This document shows positions 1-12,929 of a DNA stretch of 64,000 nucleotides, in pieces (position 1 is the stretch's first letter; each line of letters begins with the position of its first letter). The translations under genes and the position numbers were made by a program. The notes below the pieces were generated by a model. That model did no database searches. It was given only the letters and a program-made list of their open reading frames with translations, and was not told the origin of the DNA. Origin of the DNA: Eledone cirrhosa (Eukaryota); the NCBI GenBank assembly GCA_964016885.1, contig OZ024743.1, forward strand, positions 89,156,001-89,220,000, read 5' to 3'.

Positions 1-892
1 TCGGTGGAAACTCCACCTTGGCGTTCTATAGGGGATTAGTGGAGGGGAAGAGCGACGACGTACTTGGAGAAACTCTAGGCGTCGACGAAAATCAACTAGC
101 CAATCTCTTCGGAAGGACTTTCGGGCCGGGGCCTATGGACAACTTCCAGAAATCCCTGGCCTGGCAGTGCTACCGAGGAGCTTTGCCAGTTCGGGATAAA
201 CTCTACAGGCATGGAGGTACCGTCAGCCGGGCATGTCCGAGATGCGCGCAGGGCGACGAAACCGTCCTGCACGCACTCGTCCAGTGTCCGAGCATTGCTG
301 ACTTGTGGGTTTATGTCGAACACCTGCTGTCACGTGTAGGACGGATCCAGCTATCAGCTGAGTCCATCGTGAGGATTGCCCCGCCCTCCTCCTTTAGCCT
401 GGAAGGGCAGGCAGTTTTTATCTGTCTGGTGGCCATGGCGAAAGAGATAGTATGGTGGACACGTTTGAAAGGGCTGAAGACGAGCACTTACCTCTTCGGT
501 GATGCCCTGATTAACTTTTTCAAATTTCATTTGAAAAGGAAAATCAGGGTAGAGAGGGAAGTGCTCTCTTCCCAGCATTTTGTTGAAAGATGGGTGAGAG
601 AAGCAAGTATGGCCCGAATGAATGGGCCTTCTCTGAGTATGTGTCTGTAAATTAAGGGTGGAAAACTGGGAGAGGGCACTTGCCCTGGTGGTCAGGGCCA
701 CTGTGGTCTTTTAATGGGCTTTCTCCACAAATGTCCCTTGGAAGTCTCCCCCCTATTGGGGAATTTTTCTTTGTTATTTTATTTCAACCTCTGTTTTTTT
801 ACACGCAGAAATGCCCATTTGTACCGTCCTGTATTGTCCTGTACTGTCCTTAATGTCTACTTTATGTGAACCCTTGTGGTTAATAAAGAAAA

Positions 893-893
<1 letters not shown>
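1..893 (+). mobile_element. Tx1/L1-clade non-LTR retrotransposon, 3' end of ORF2 (zf-RVT region) plus 3' UTR
   Basis: ORF to 650 contains WQCYRGALPVRDKLY...CPRC...ETVLHALVQC, the CCHC knuckle region of L1/Tx1 ORF2. The UTR ends AATAAAGAAAAC, followed by (ATT)n. A homologous copy lies at 40222-40967. Confidence 0.85.
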
Positions 894-926
<33 letters not shown>

Positions 927-1113
927 GCCGGTGGATTGGCAGTATCGGTAGAGGGTTGGACGCCATGCTTTCCAGCATAGTTACGTCCCTTTACGATCTG
1001 AGTTCAAATCCCGCCGAGGTTCACTTTGCCTTTCATCCTTACGGGGGTCGATGAAAAAATAAAGTACCAGTAATGCACTGGTTAATTGCTGGCCTTGTGC
1101 CTTAAGTAGAAAC

Positions 1114-1117
<4 letters not shown>
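927..1117 (+). mobile_element. tRNA-derived SINE (family A, about 190-220 bp)
   Basis: A-box-like TGGCAGTATCGG and B-box GAGTTCAAATCC, central GCCTTTCATCCTTACGGGGTCGATAAAATAAAGTACC, tail GGCCTTGTGCC..AGTAGAAACAATTA. About 20 copies occur in the window. Confidence 0.85.
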
Positions 1118-1150
<33 letters not shown>

Positions 1151-1154
<4 letters not shown>

Positions 1155-1440
1155 CAGATCCATTGATCAACCAGATTTGCATATCAGCAGACTGGCCAGT
1201 CAGTTTCCTGTATACGAGCGATAAATGGCTGGCTTTGCCAAATTCAAACAAAAAAGAAAATTTCGCTGTACTGATGAAGGGTGATACCCAGAAACATTAG
1301 TGTCTGCAGTTCTGTTCGCATGCTAACACAAGAGCAAGAATGAAGGGTTCATTCTACTGACATGGCTATAAAATTGAGGCTTGTTTGCATAATTGCAAGC
1401 GAATCGAATGTTATTATTAATATTCGAAAAACTCAGATTA
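1151..1440 (+). mobile_element. PLE-type non-coding element carrying a hammerhead ribozyme, inserted in (TA)n
   Basis: Homologous to 54515-54915. Segment 1151-1248 is inverted relative to that copy. TA arrays flank both sides. Confidence 0.7.
1265..1310 (+). ncRNA. Type I hammerhead ribozyme motif
   Basis: GCTGTA-CTGATGA-aGGGTgatACCCa-GAA-ACAttagTGT-C-TGCAGT: stems I, II and III pair and the cleavage triplet is GUC. Confidence 0.75.
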
Positions 1441-1475
<35 letters not shown>

Positions 1476-1504
1476 TTATATATATATTTATATATATATA
1501 TATT

Positions 1505-1553
<49 letters not shown>

Positions 1554-1576
1554 ATATTTATGTATAATATAGAAAT

Positions 1577-1628
1577 GGCTTCTACAGGACTAGAACTGTT
1601 TCATTTGAAGGAAATCATCAGGAAAGCC
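1577..1628 (-). ncRNA. Type I hammerhead ribozyme motif (weak stem II)
   Basis: Minus strand reads GGCTTTC-CTGATGA-tttccttcaaat-GAA-ACAGttctagtcCTGT-A-GAAGCC. The core is intact, stem III has 4 bp, and the triplet is GUA. Confidence 0.6.
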
Positions 1629-1720
1629 CTATGTTATGTATTGAGTACCTTACTTAATCTAGTTACCCCTGATTGAACCCGGGATACACACAAAAACATA
1701 TATATATAAATACATATACG

Positions 1721-1930
1721 TAGTAGAGTGGGTAATAGGAAAATGTATGACCCCGACGGCAGAGCTCAAGCCGTTTCGACGGCTATTTCTAGACAGAAAA
1801 GCCGTCGAAACGGCTTGAGCTCTGCCGTCGGGATCATACATTTTCGTATTACCCACTCTACTACCCTAAGTATTGAGTATTCTGGTGCGTTATGGTCCAT
1901 CTGGTTCCTTACCACAACTCCATCGTTATA
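1721..1930 (+). mobile_element. PLE pseudo-LTR-like fragment with 5' foldback and the 3' half of a hammerhead
   Basis: Inverted arms of about 65 bp span 1721-1863. Contains GCCGTC-GAAACGGC..GCCGTC. Same family as 49750-49920. Confidence 0.6.
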
Positions 1931-1959
1931 TAAATACATATATAGATACATATATGCAT

Positions 1960-2016
<57 letters not shown>

Positions 2017-2516
2017 CGTGTGTGTGTGCGTGTGTGTGTGTGTGTGTGTGGGGGGGGGGGGTGCATACATCTCCCCTCACACAGACACAAGCAAACCTCA
2101 GATTCCATCACAAGAAAGCTCTCGACAGCTATGTTAAAGGGAGGTAAATCTCAAACAGTTTCGAGGAGTTATGTTTCTTTTATTCCACAAGAACGCACAC
2201 CCACACAAAATATCACACATACAGACATACACAAGTACATCCACCCACACACCCACACACCCACACCCACACCTACACACACACAAGTACACCCCCCCCC
2301 ACACACACACAGGCATACCCATATACATGTGCACCCTACCCCTGACGTTACGTCAGACACAGGTTGATGAAATAACCACTAACTGGAACTAAATTTTCCC
2401 AGTTAACCATTTTTTTGAATTCATTTAAAATCAGTTTTAGTATAAAGTAAAATAGGTAGAGTGATTAGAAGGTGGGAGGGGGGGGGGTTGCAGGATACAT
2501 TCCTGCTTTCTTTGTT

Positions 2517-2690
2517 AACATCATCATCATTATCATCGTCGTCGTCGTCATCATGATCATGATCATGATCATCATCATCATCATCACCACCATCACCATC
2601 ACCACCACCATCATCATCACCATCATCACCATCACCATCATCACCACCATCATCATCATCATCATCACACATCATCATCATCATCACCAC

Positions 2691-2725
<35 letters not shown>

Positions 2726-2800
2726 CCATCACCATCATCACCACCATCACCATCATCACCACCACCATCATCATCACCATCATCATCACCATCATCACCA
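2517..2800. repeat. (CAT/CAC)n trinucleotide array
   Basis: Read directly from the sequence. Confidence 0.95.
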
Positions 2801-2910
2801 TGGTCGTAAACGAGGCGGAGAAAAAGAAGTCTTTAGAACGTCAGATATTCGTTCCAGCTTTCTTTGCCTTCAGTTAAAAACCTGACAAAGTTAACTTTAC
2901 TTTTCAGGTT

Positions 2911-3012
2911 GATATCAAACTAAAGATCCGAAGGCATGGTATACATTTCCAATCATTTTAATCAGTGATTAAAATGATTGGAAATTTATACCATGCCTTC
3001 GGATCTTTAGTT

Positions 3013-3018
<6 letters not shown>
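2911..3018. repeat. Near-perfect hairpin (about 52-bp arms) next to (TA)n
   Basis: ATATCAAACTAAAGATCCGAAGGCATGGTAT..TTTAATCA / TGATTAAA..ATACCATGCCTTCGGATCTTTAGTTTGATAT. Part of one arm recurs at 3281-3308. Confidence 0.85.
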
Positions 3019-3054
<36 letters not shown>

Positions 3055-3399
3055 TTGGATACTTAGTAAAATCGAATCTCTGGCGGTGTGCAAGCAAATT
3101 CGGCCTACGATATGAATGAGTTAGCAAAGCACTCGACAAGGTAGGTCCTTAGAGTAATAACATACGTTTAAATAGCCTGACAAATTGAACATTGTGGTAG
3201 GCAAAATCTAACACACAATATACCAAAGTAACGAAAGAACTAACAGGTTGAGAAAAATGCACCTGGACAATATATATATATATCAAAATAAAGATCCGAA
3301 GGCATGGTTGATAAAAAAAACCTGTCCAGTACTGAAGTTGATACTTCCTCTATATTTCTTAATCACTTCCACTATATCTCTTTCTCATTTACCCTCTAT

Positions 3400-3812
3400 C
3401 ACCCCCCCCCCTCTCTCTCTCTCTCCCACTTCTCCTCCCCTCTCTCCCACCTCTCCCTCTCTCTCTCCCTCTCGCTCTCCCTCTCGCTCTCCCTCTCGCT
3501 CTCCCCTCTCTCTCTCCCTCTCGCTCTCCCCTCTCTCTCTCCCTCTCGCTCTCCCTCTCGCTCTCCCCTCTCTCTCTCCCACCTCTCCCCTCTCTCTCCC
3601 ACCTGTCCCTCTCGCTCCCCCCTCTTTCCCCTGTTCCCCCTCTCCCTCTCTCTCCTCCACTTCTCCCCCTCTCTCTCTCCCACCTCCCCCTCTCTTCCAC
3701 TTCTCCCCCACCCCGCCCCTCTCTTCCACTTCTCCCCCTACCACACCCCTCTCTACCCCTATCTCTCTAACTTCCCCCTCTTTCTTACCCCCCCACCCCG
3801 CCCCCTCTCATT
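3400..3812. repeat. Polypyrimidine CT-rich low-complexity tract
   Basis: Read directly from the sequence. Confidence 0.9.
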
Positions 3813-4610
3813 GTCTGTAATGAAGAGGGGATAGGCTCCCTCAGGTTTAAATTGCCCAAGGTTAGTTCGTCGGGTGGAAATGATTTATAAGGTTTTATAT
3901 TGGTTTATATAAATGCTATATTATTTTATGTGGACACAGCATGTCCGAGTGATGCGTGACATCAAGAGAAAGTGTCATCTACCATAGCCCTATGTCGGAT
4001 GGACCCTAAACTCTAATTCAAAAGGTTGCCATGTTATACACTATGTCACGCTGAATTTCACCGAGAATTATATTAAGGATACACGTGTCTGTGGAATGCA
4101 CAGCTACTCTTACACGTTAATTTTATGAGCATCTGTTCCATTGATCTAATAACTGGAACAATGGAACACCAGACGCTGTTTTACTATAGTTCTTTCATCA
4201 CCCCCTTCCTTCCTTTTACACACACGCACACATACACACATTGTGTGACGGACGGATGGAAGTCGCTCAAATTTATATATAGATTGTTTAATGTTGTTCC
4301 AGGAAAAAAATTGACGTACGTGAATATTAAATATGGAAGGATATAAGAGATATAATATCTTTTTTAACGTTATGCATTGGTTTGTGCTTTTATTTTCAGA
4401 TTCTGATTGATATTGTTTTGTTTATATATTGGATACTTCAAATTGTTTTGTGTCATTTCAAAGTGGTGTTGTTTTGTAAACATATCTGTTAGTCTGCCTG
4501 TCTGTCTGCCTAAATGTCTGTCAGTCTGCATGCCTGCCTGCCGATCTGTCTGTTTGTCTGTCTATCTGCCTGCCTGTTTGTCTACCTGGCTGCCTGACTG
4601 CCTGTCTGTC

Positions 4611-4642
<32 letters not shown>

Positions 4643-4680
4643 TGTATGTATGTATGTATGTATGTATGTATGTATGTATA

Positions 4681-6450
4681 TTCTGGTTTTATAATTTCAC
4701 AAATTTTTGCCAATAGAGAGAGAGTCGGTTTCTAACATAGTTACAAGACTCTCGCATTGGAATTTACACAACATCAACTAGGTAGATATGTATGCACGCA
4801 TGCATATGTGTGCAGGTATGGATGTTATTGTATGTGTAGATGTGTATGTTTTAGAGTTATATGTGTGCGTATGCATATGCTTTGTATCTGTACATGTGTA
4901 CATGCAGTTACTAGATGCAGAACTTTTGGAATGTTTTACATATTTTTACTGTTCCATAAATGGATTGTACTTGTAATTTCCTAACTAGTCGTGTTCTTTC
5001 TGTTCCTGTGAAGCCCAACTTCTCAAGATTTGTACCGAGGCAGTTACTAACATACCCCGGTGCCTCAATAATCACAGGCATAAATCTGAAGGTATAGTCA
5101 GGGTGGAGTATTTGCAGATTTCTCATTAGTTCTGCATAGATATTCTCCTTTTCGCTGATCTTTAATATTATATTGGCATCTGCTGGACAGCTAACTTCCA
5201 CTACTGTGCATGCCTTCTTTTCCCTGTCCCATATCATTATATCTCGTCTGTTATGTTTGCATTTTATTAGGGTTTTTACTGGAATATTCCATCAGTACTC
5301 TTTTATATTATGTATATATATGTCTTCCACATTGTTGTAGCTTTTAATGTGTTTATTGTTGGGGCTATCTTTTCTACGGATTGCATTGTACAGTGTTTTG
5401 GTCACTACATCATGCCTCATAGGTAGATAGTATCGTGAAGACATCTTTGGACAGTTGCTTATGGCATGGGTAACATCTTCAATGTTAATTCTGCAGAGTC
5501 TGCATTTGTTGTCACATCTAGGTGTTTTGTGTGCAACTCTATCTCTTTTGTGAATCAGGTATTTTGCATTGATTTCCTGTTCTTGAATTGCAAAAGCGTA
5601 TCCTTCAAAGTGGGAGCCAATATAGCGATTGTTGGTCCAAGATAGACTACTTTCCTTATCTATATTACTCTCACTCTGGAACTTCCTGGCAACATACCCA
5701 TGCATTATTTTATGCTGATAAGCATGCAGTTTTTCATCCATGGATTCTTTGCGGTATTGCTGGGCAATTTCCCTGGGTGTGAGTTTCTGATTATCATGCA
5801 GGGAGTATCTTTCAAGGAGTTTCTTCCCGACTCCCAGGATCTTATCTGTCTCATGTCGACAGACTTGCTCAATAGATGGGCTCCTATGATTGGAGGTTCG
5901 TAAATGTTGTCGGAGGGATATGATGCAACACTCAAATGCTGTCTGGACTGATGTTAGGCCTCTGCCTCCCTGCTTACGTTTCAAGTAAGGGCGGTCTATG
6001 TCACTGTTGATGTGGAAGTTTCCGGTGTTGTTTAGTATTTTTCGAGTTCTAACATCAATTGCTCGCATTTCATCTATCGTCCAATTGAGTATTCCAAATG
6101 TTGGTGTTAGGACAGGCACAGCAAACACATTGTGAGCCTCTGTTTTATTGTGCGCAGAGAGTTCCGATGACCAAATCTTTCTTAATCGGGTGTCGTATTC
6201 CCTGGTTACGCGCTCCTTATTACAGATACCATTATAGGATATGTTTTCATCTATCCCCAGGTATCTGTAGCTGTCCTCGTCAGTTGCTAGATTAGGTTGT
6301 AGTTTTTCCCCCGCTTTACAATCATATATGAACATTTATCTTGGCCAAACTCCATTCCTATATCCTTTGAGAATGTAACCAGGTCAAGATGTTCCTGGCA
6401 TTGAGTTTCAGGTGAACCACAAAGAAATTATGGGTTATCCACAAAGAAAT
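4681..6450 (-). mobile_element. R4/Dong-clade RLE non-LTR retrotransposon, 5'-truncated and degenerate
   Basis: Motifs YRYLG, HINSDIDRPYLKRKQGGRGL, CRLC..EDVTHAISNC, RHDVV and an RLE DIMIWD..VVEVSCP, with a stop at about 5292. (TATG)n flanks both sides. Confidence 0.85.
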
Positions 6451-6516
6451 TATGTATGTATGTATGTATGTATGTATGTATGTATGTATGTATGTATGTA
6501 TGTATGTATGTATGTA

Positions 6517-7090
6517 TAACCTGTACAACCTGTCTCATGGTCGGGTCGTTGGCGACTAAACTGGCAACCCTACCAAGGTTTCTTGGTGAGGATGGTGACT
6601 TTGGACATCCTGCAGGACTAAAAACAAAACCTGTCAAAGGGCAAAGGAGCTCATAAGAGTCAATGGCCATCCAAAATCACCGGGAGAGATGACCCCTTAG
6701 CCTTTGTCAAGGCAGAATTCTAGGAGAAGGAAAACTCTGATATAACACCTGCAACCCTGATGGTATCCAATGATGTTGACTTGTTCTTCTTTTTGGTAAA
6801 TATCATCTTGGTTAAGAGAGTGGGACTGGCTTTGTGCAGTGCCTTTGCTCACTATAAAAGCTTCACGGCACAGGCATTGCTTTATATCTGGAGATCTCTC
6901 TGCACTTGTCGTCACATGGTACCATGGGCCCAGCACTGTGTCAATAATTGTCAGAAGTGTAGTGTTTGTACCAGAGTTTTCAAGTCGCTGGCTGGACTAA
7001 AAAGTCACACTCGTTCAGCGCATCGGTAGGGGTTCTCCTACATGGATATAAAGTAGTGGCCGTACTCGAAAACGAGTTGGCAACCACCAT
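6517..7090 (+). mobile_element. Non-autonomous bipartite RTE-derived element (5' UTR-like part plus 3' C2H2 end)
   Basis: The 5' part recurs at 49492-49690 and 50875-51041(-). The 3' part, CSVCTRVFKSLAGLKSHTRSAH, recurs at 58345-58645. It ends in (TATG)n. Confidence 0.65.
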
Positions 7091-7272
7091 GTATGTATGT
7101 ATGTATGTATGTATGTATAAAATATATATAAAATATATATATTTATATAGTGGCTCACCATACCAGCACCCCCCCCCCCCAACAAAATCTCACAATATAT
7201 ACATGCATGATTACACACACGTACTCGTACATAGTCTAATGCAATACTAAACACACCACAATAACACACACA

Positions 7273-7319
<47 letters not shown>

Positions 7320-7421
7320 TAAAATAACAGATTAAAGTTTAAGCAAAGAATCGCTGCTTTCACCCTTAACGGGATCTTCTGAAACTAACAAAGTTATATA
7401 TATATACATACATACATAGAT

Positions 7422-7476
<55 letters not shown>

Positions 7477-7481
<5 letters not shown>

Positions 7482-7790
7482 AGATCAAAAGATGGTTAAA
7501 TGAGTTCCATGTATTTTATTATGCGCATTTCAAAAACAAATATCATCATGCAATAACGTTTGTGTTTTCATCAGATAAAATAGGAAGACATGATATGAAG
7601 GTTAAACACACTTGTGGATAGTGCAGTTTTAAATCAACATATCATTGAAATGTGCATAATAAAATACATGGAACTCATTTAACCATCTTTTGATCTTATA
7701 TATTATGTATACTCCAGTCCTACAAACTGTAGAGTGCTTCTTATCCGATATCTGCATTGCTTTATTGTACTACAATAAAACTCACCTCCT
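7477..7790. mobile_element. PLE-like foldback remnant
   Basis: Inverted arms of about 55 bp (7477-7532 / 7646-7701). The minus strand has CTGATGA near 7570-7576. Flanked by TA and CA arrays. Confidence 0.55.
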
Positions 7791-8495
<705 letters not shown>

Positions 8496-8569
8496 AGAGA
8501 GTAGAAATGAAAATATGCAGAAGATAGTCGACCAACATTACAGTAATCTCAGCTGTTTATCTCTGACTA

Positions 8570-8640
8570 TCATCACTGCTGCTGTTGCTGCTGCTGCTGC
8601 TGCTACTACTACTACTACACCACCACCACCACTACTACAA

Positions 8641-8738
<98 letters not shown>

Positions 8739-8760
8739 ACTACTGCTGCTGCTGCTGCTG

Positions 8761-8827
<67 letters not shown>

Positions 8828-9910
8828 ACATTGCTGACATGGTTAACATTCCTTAAACACCTTGAACAATTGCTGGTATTTTATACTCTTCTAACATCAC
8901 TGGCCACACACACACATACACATAGACAGACACACACAGACACATATACACACATACATGCACACACACATACATATTCACACATACATACTCACACAAG
9001 CATACACACACACACATACTTTCACAGACACACAGACATACACATGCACACACAGACAGATACACACACAGAGACGCACAGAGACACACACAGACACATG
9101 CATACACACACAGGCACACACACACACACACACACAAATGCACATATGTACATACACACGTACACACACGTATATATACACACACATACAGACACACACA
9201 TATACATACATTAGATATACTCTTATGTGCACACACACATAGACACTCATACACACACAGACACATATGCACACACACACATAGACACATGTACCTACAC
9301 GGACACATATACAGACAGACAGACAGACATATGTACACACACACAGACACACACATGTGCACATACAGACACACCGACATATATACACAGTGACACACAC
9401 ACACACCAACACAGATACCTATTCACACAAACATATACACACACCAACACACACACATAGGCACACTGACACACAAATATACACACACAGCGAAACACGC
9501 ACACACCGGAACACACACACCAACATTCATACAAGCACACACACACACACAGACCGATACACTCACCGACATACACACAAGCATATATACACACCGACAC
9601 ATGCACATATACACGCCAACACACACACACACAGAAACACACAGACACACCCACCCACACCCACACTGACACACCCACCTACACCGACACACCCAGACAT
9701 CCACCTACACAGACACACCCACCCACACCAACACATCCACCTACACCGACACACCCACACATCCACCTACACCCACCAACACCCACCTACACCCACCTAC
9801 ACCCATAGACCCACCTACACCTACACCCACTACACCCACATCCACCCACATCCACCTACACCCACCTACACCCACATCCACCCACATCCACCTACACCGA
9901 CAGACACATT
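8570..9910. repeat. (CTA/CTG)n array followed by an AC-rich low-complexity tract
   Basis: Read directly from the sequence. Confidence 0.9.
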
Positions 9911-10089
9911 AATACGGTGGAACTAACACACACAAAGTCATTAGATATTCTCATTCAGAAACTTGTACGATGACAAATTCTCAATAGAGACTCGGATTTA
10001 AGCTCTACTATGTTTCTAAAAGGGTCACTGATCTTCGTTGTTGATCAACTCGTCGCATGTTTGCTCTAATCGTGGGTGGCCAACTGATT

Positions 10090-10195
<106 letters not shown>

Positions 10196-10360
10196 TAGAT
10201 TTTGAGTATATGTTGGTTGTATACCAAAACCTCAGTTTGCAGGCTGAAGCACTCGACGAAGTGCGCAGGTTGGTTTGGTTACTCCGGAGTAATGTAAAAT
10301 AAAGTTAAATAAAAAGTCAAATGTTTAAAATTTAGCTTCGTTTATTACTGCTATATATAT

Positions 10361-10919
10361 TTCAAGCTGTGGCACGCCGCCCAGGCTTTGCTCTTCCTCT
10401 CAACCACATCATCTTCCGTATTCCCAATATTTGCTCCCAAATACAGGAAACCCTCAACCAATTCTAGCGGCTTCCCGCCTACATTAGTGATCCCCTCTGG
10501 CTTTTCTACCAGATATTCTCTACCAGATATTTTGTTTTAGTCTCATTCATTCTCAGCCCCACACTCATCGACACAGTCTCAACCTCCTGCATCAAATCCT
10601 TTGCCTCCTTCACTGTATTTGTCACCAAAACTATGTCGTCGGCAAATTCAGCATCTGATATCTTTTTCGCCTTAACTCTCCTGCTCTGAGCCGGTGCTAC
10701 AGTAAAGCCAGAGTCCTGGTGTTTCTCCAGTGCAAGGCGCATACAATAGTCCACTACGATGATAAAAAGGTAGGGAGCCAATGTATCTCCCTGGAGCACT
10801 CCAGCCAGTATCTCAAAGAACTCCGTCATCCCATCAGGTGTAATGACTTTGGCTTTGGTATTGGTGTAGAGCAGTGATATCAGGTCCACTATCTTCTTGG
10901 GGATTCCATTATCCTGTAA
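10361..10919 (-). mobile_element. RTE-like LINE reverse transcriptase fragment (inverted 5' segment)
   Basis: Motifs GVLQGDTLAPYLFIIVVDY, FADDIVL and GLRMNETKTKY. Confidence 0.85.
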
Positions 10920-11272
10920 GATGAGTGCTACACGAGAATGCTGAGGATGGCTCTGAACATTAATCAGTATACACTGAGGATGAAAAACTTAGAGCAGTAT
11001 GGGAGCCTCCCAAAAGTCAGCTCAAAAGTGACACAGAGGAGACTGAGGTTAGCCGGACATGCTCACTGACATCCAGAGTTGACACTGCACTCAGTGCTCC
11101 TGTGGGAGCCCCTGCATGGACACACTGGAAGAGGAAGACCGAGGTTAACATATTTGATGCTCTAAGGACAGACACTGGTCTGTTGGAGACGCAAGACATG
11201 GCAGTGATAATGAGGGACAGAGACCGCTGGAGAGAACTCGTCCATGGATCTCGGGAATTTTACCCGCCCTAG
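10920..11272 (+). mobile_element. RTE-like LINE 3' end (same element as 10361-10919)
   Basis: CYTRMLRMALNI..RRLRLAGH..LLWEPLHGHTGRGRPRLT. The 3' end CCATGGATCTCGGGAATTTTACCCGCCCTAGA runs into (TA)n. Homologous to 46090-46810. Confidence 0.8.
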
Positions 11273-11310
<38 letters not shown>

Positions 11311-11312
<2 letters not shown>

Positions 11313-11857
11313 TAGCAGCAGGACCCGGTGTTGCACGGAGTAGGAAACGTGAAATAGCAACACGCATATGCAAAGATTGAGGAATGTAGTTGTGTACTTT
11401 TTGAATTCCCTTATTCTCAGGGACTGATTGTTCATCTACTGGAAACGTAGAACACCAGCAGGCCGAATCCAGTAGTAGCAGTGTCAGTGGGCTGATTGCG
11501 GAAATCCTGTATGCGAAAGGAGTAAGTGTTGTGGCGCGATGTATGTCGTAAGTCTGTTCACAAATTACGTCATGGATGGGGAACACACGTCAGCAATACG
11601 AGGGGACTAACTAATGTGTGCTGCAAATTTCGATGGAATCGACTGGATTATCTTTAAGTTACGTCTCAAAAAAGACTAAAAATCCTTAAAAACGCGGTTT
11701 TTCGCCTAGGGCAGAAAAAGTTAAATTTTTTTAGGCCATGGCACTTCAAGAAATATAAGTAACGCATGCGTGAAGTTTGAAAAAAATCGGTCGGGTACCT
11801 CTCGAGTTTTAGGGATTTACACAGACAGACAGACAGACAGACATCCTCTGTTATATA
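11311..11857 (-). mobile_element. Non-autonomous Helitron-like element
   Basis: The minus strand ends in a GC-rich hairpin (CCGTGCAACACCGG) followed by CTAG|T. It begins TATATAACAGAGGATG(TCTG)n, the layout typical of short Helitrons. Confidence 0.6.
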
Positions 11858-12028
11858 CTTTAACTTTAATTATATCTCATAAAATAATACAACTGGTTTT
11901 TCCACATTATACATATTGTTAGCACCCCAAACACTTAAATTGGGTTTATATTTAAATATAGCCTAATGTTTGTTGAGTGAGATGGCTACCAGTCAGAGTT
12001 TAGCTTTAAACTATCTCTGTTATTGTAT

Positions 12029-12119
<91 letters not shown>

Positions 12120-12351
12120 ATATATCCTCTGTTATATATATATATATATATATATATACATACACATATATATATCCTCTGTTATATATATATATTTTTT
12201 TTTTTTCGGAAAAGATTGTTTTGGTAAAAACAGGAGTAAGCAGGAGAAAGCTCTCAACAATCGTTGTTTTAGTTACGATGGAGAATTTTATAAAAATAAT
12301 AAAATAAGATGCTGAGGTTACATATATAAACGATATATGTAACCTCAGCAT

Positions 12352-12408
<57 letters not shown>

Positions 12409-12420
12409 TATATATATATA

Positions 12421-12907
12421 TGTACAGCCACCGGAAATAACATCTGTGAAATAAACAGCTCCATCTATCTGCTTAGCTAGCTACCTCCCCGTGAAACAAA
12501 CAACTCTTAAAACCACCAAAATAAAACGCCTACGCAGCGGCTAAACATCAAACGATTATTTTTGTATAAATAGAGTGATTCCAAACACTTTCGCCAGTCG
12601 ACCTTTGGCAGAGTCAACTCGCGTATCGTTGTTCCTCTCCTCTGCCACACTTGTCACTCACACACGTCTTGTACCTCTGTATCGTCGCTTCATGTATGAA
12701 AATAAATAGCTGACCGAAACTACATCTCTCGCCTTGCTCGTCCTTTCAACTTGTGCTTTCGTCTGTTCATCCTTACCGTATGAGACAACAGTTCTTTTAA
12801 GGGCTACCCTCAGATCCGATCAGACCGTGTGCGATAACAGTTCTTTTAAGGGCTATTCTCGGATCTGATCAGAAGTAGTGACCAGACTGACTAACCACGT
12901 CGCTACA
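12421..12907 (+). mobile_element. Possible solo LTR
   Basis: TGT...ACA termini, TATAAA at about 12565 and AATAAA at about 12701, inserted in a TA/CA array. No clear TSD. Confidence 0.45.
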
Positions 12908-12929
12908 CACATATATATATATATATAGT

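Noticed and set aside
927-1020. tRNA gene
   Set aside because: The A/B boxes belong to a multi-copy SINE head and no complete cloverleaf is present.
11766-11780. ATGCGTGAAGTT as possible tubulin exon 1 (MREV)
   Set aside because: It is followed at once by TGA, lacks QAGQCGNQ, and lies within the Helitron-like element.
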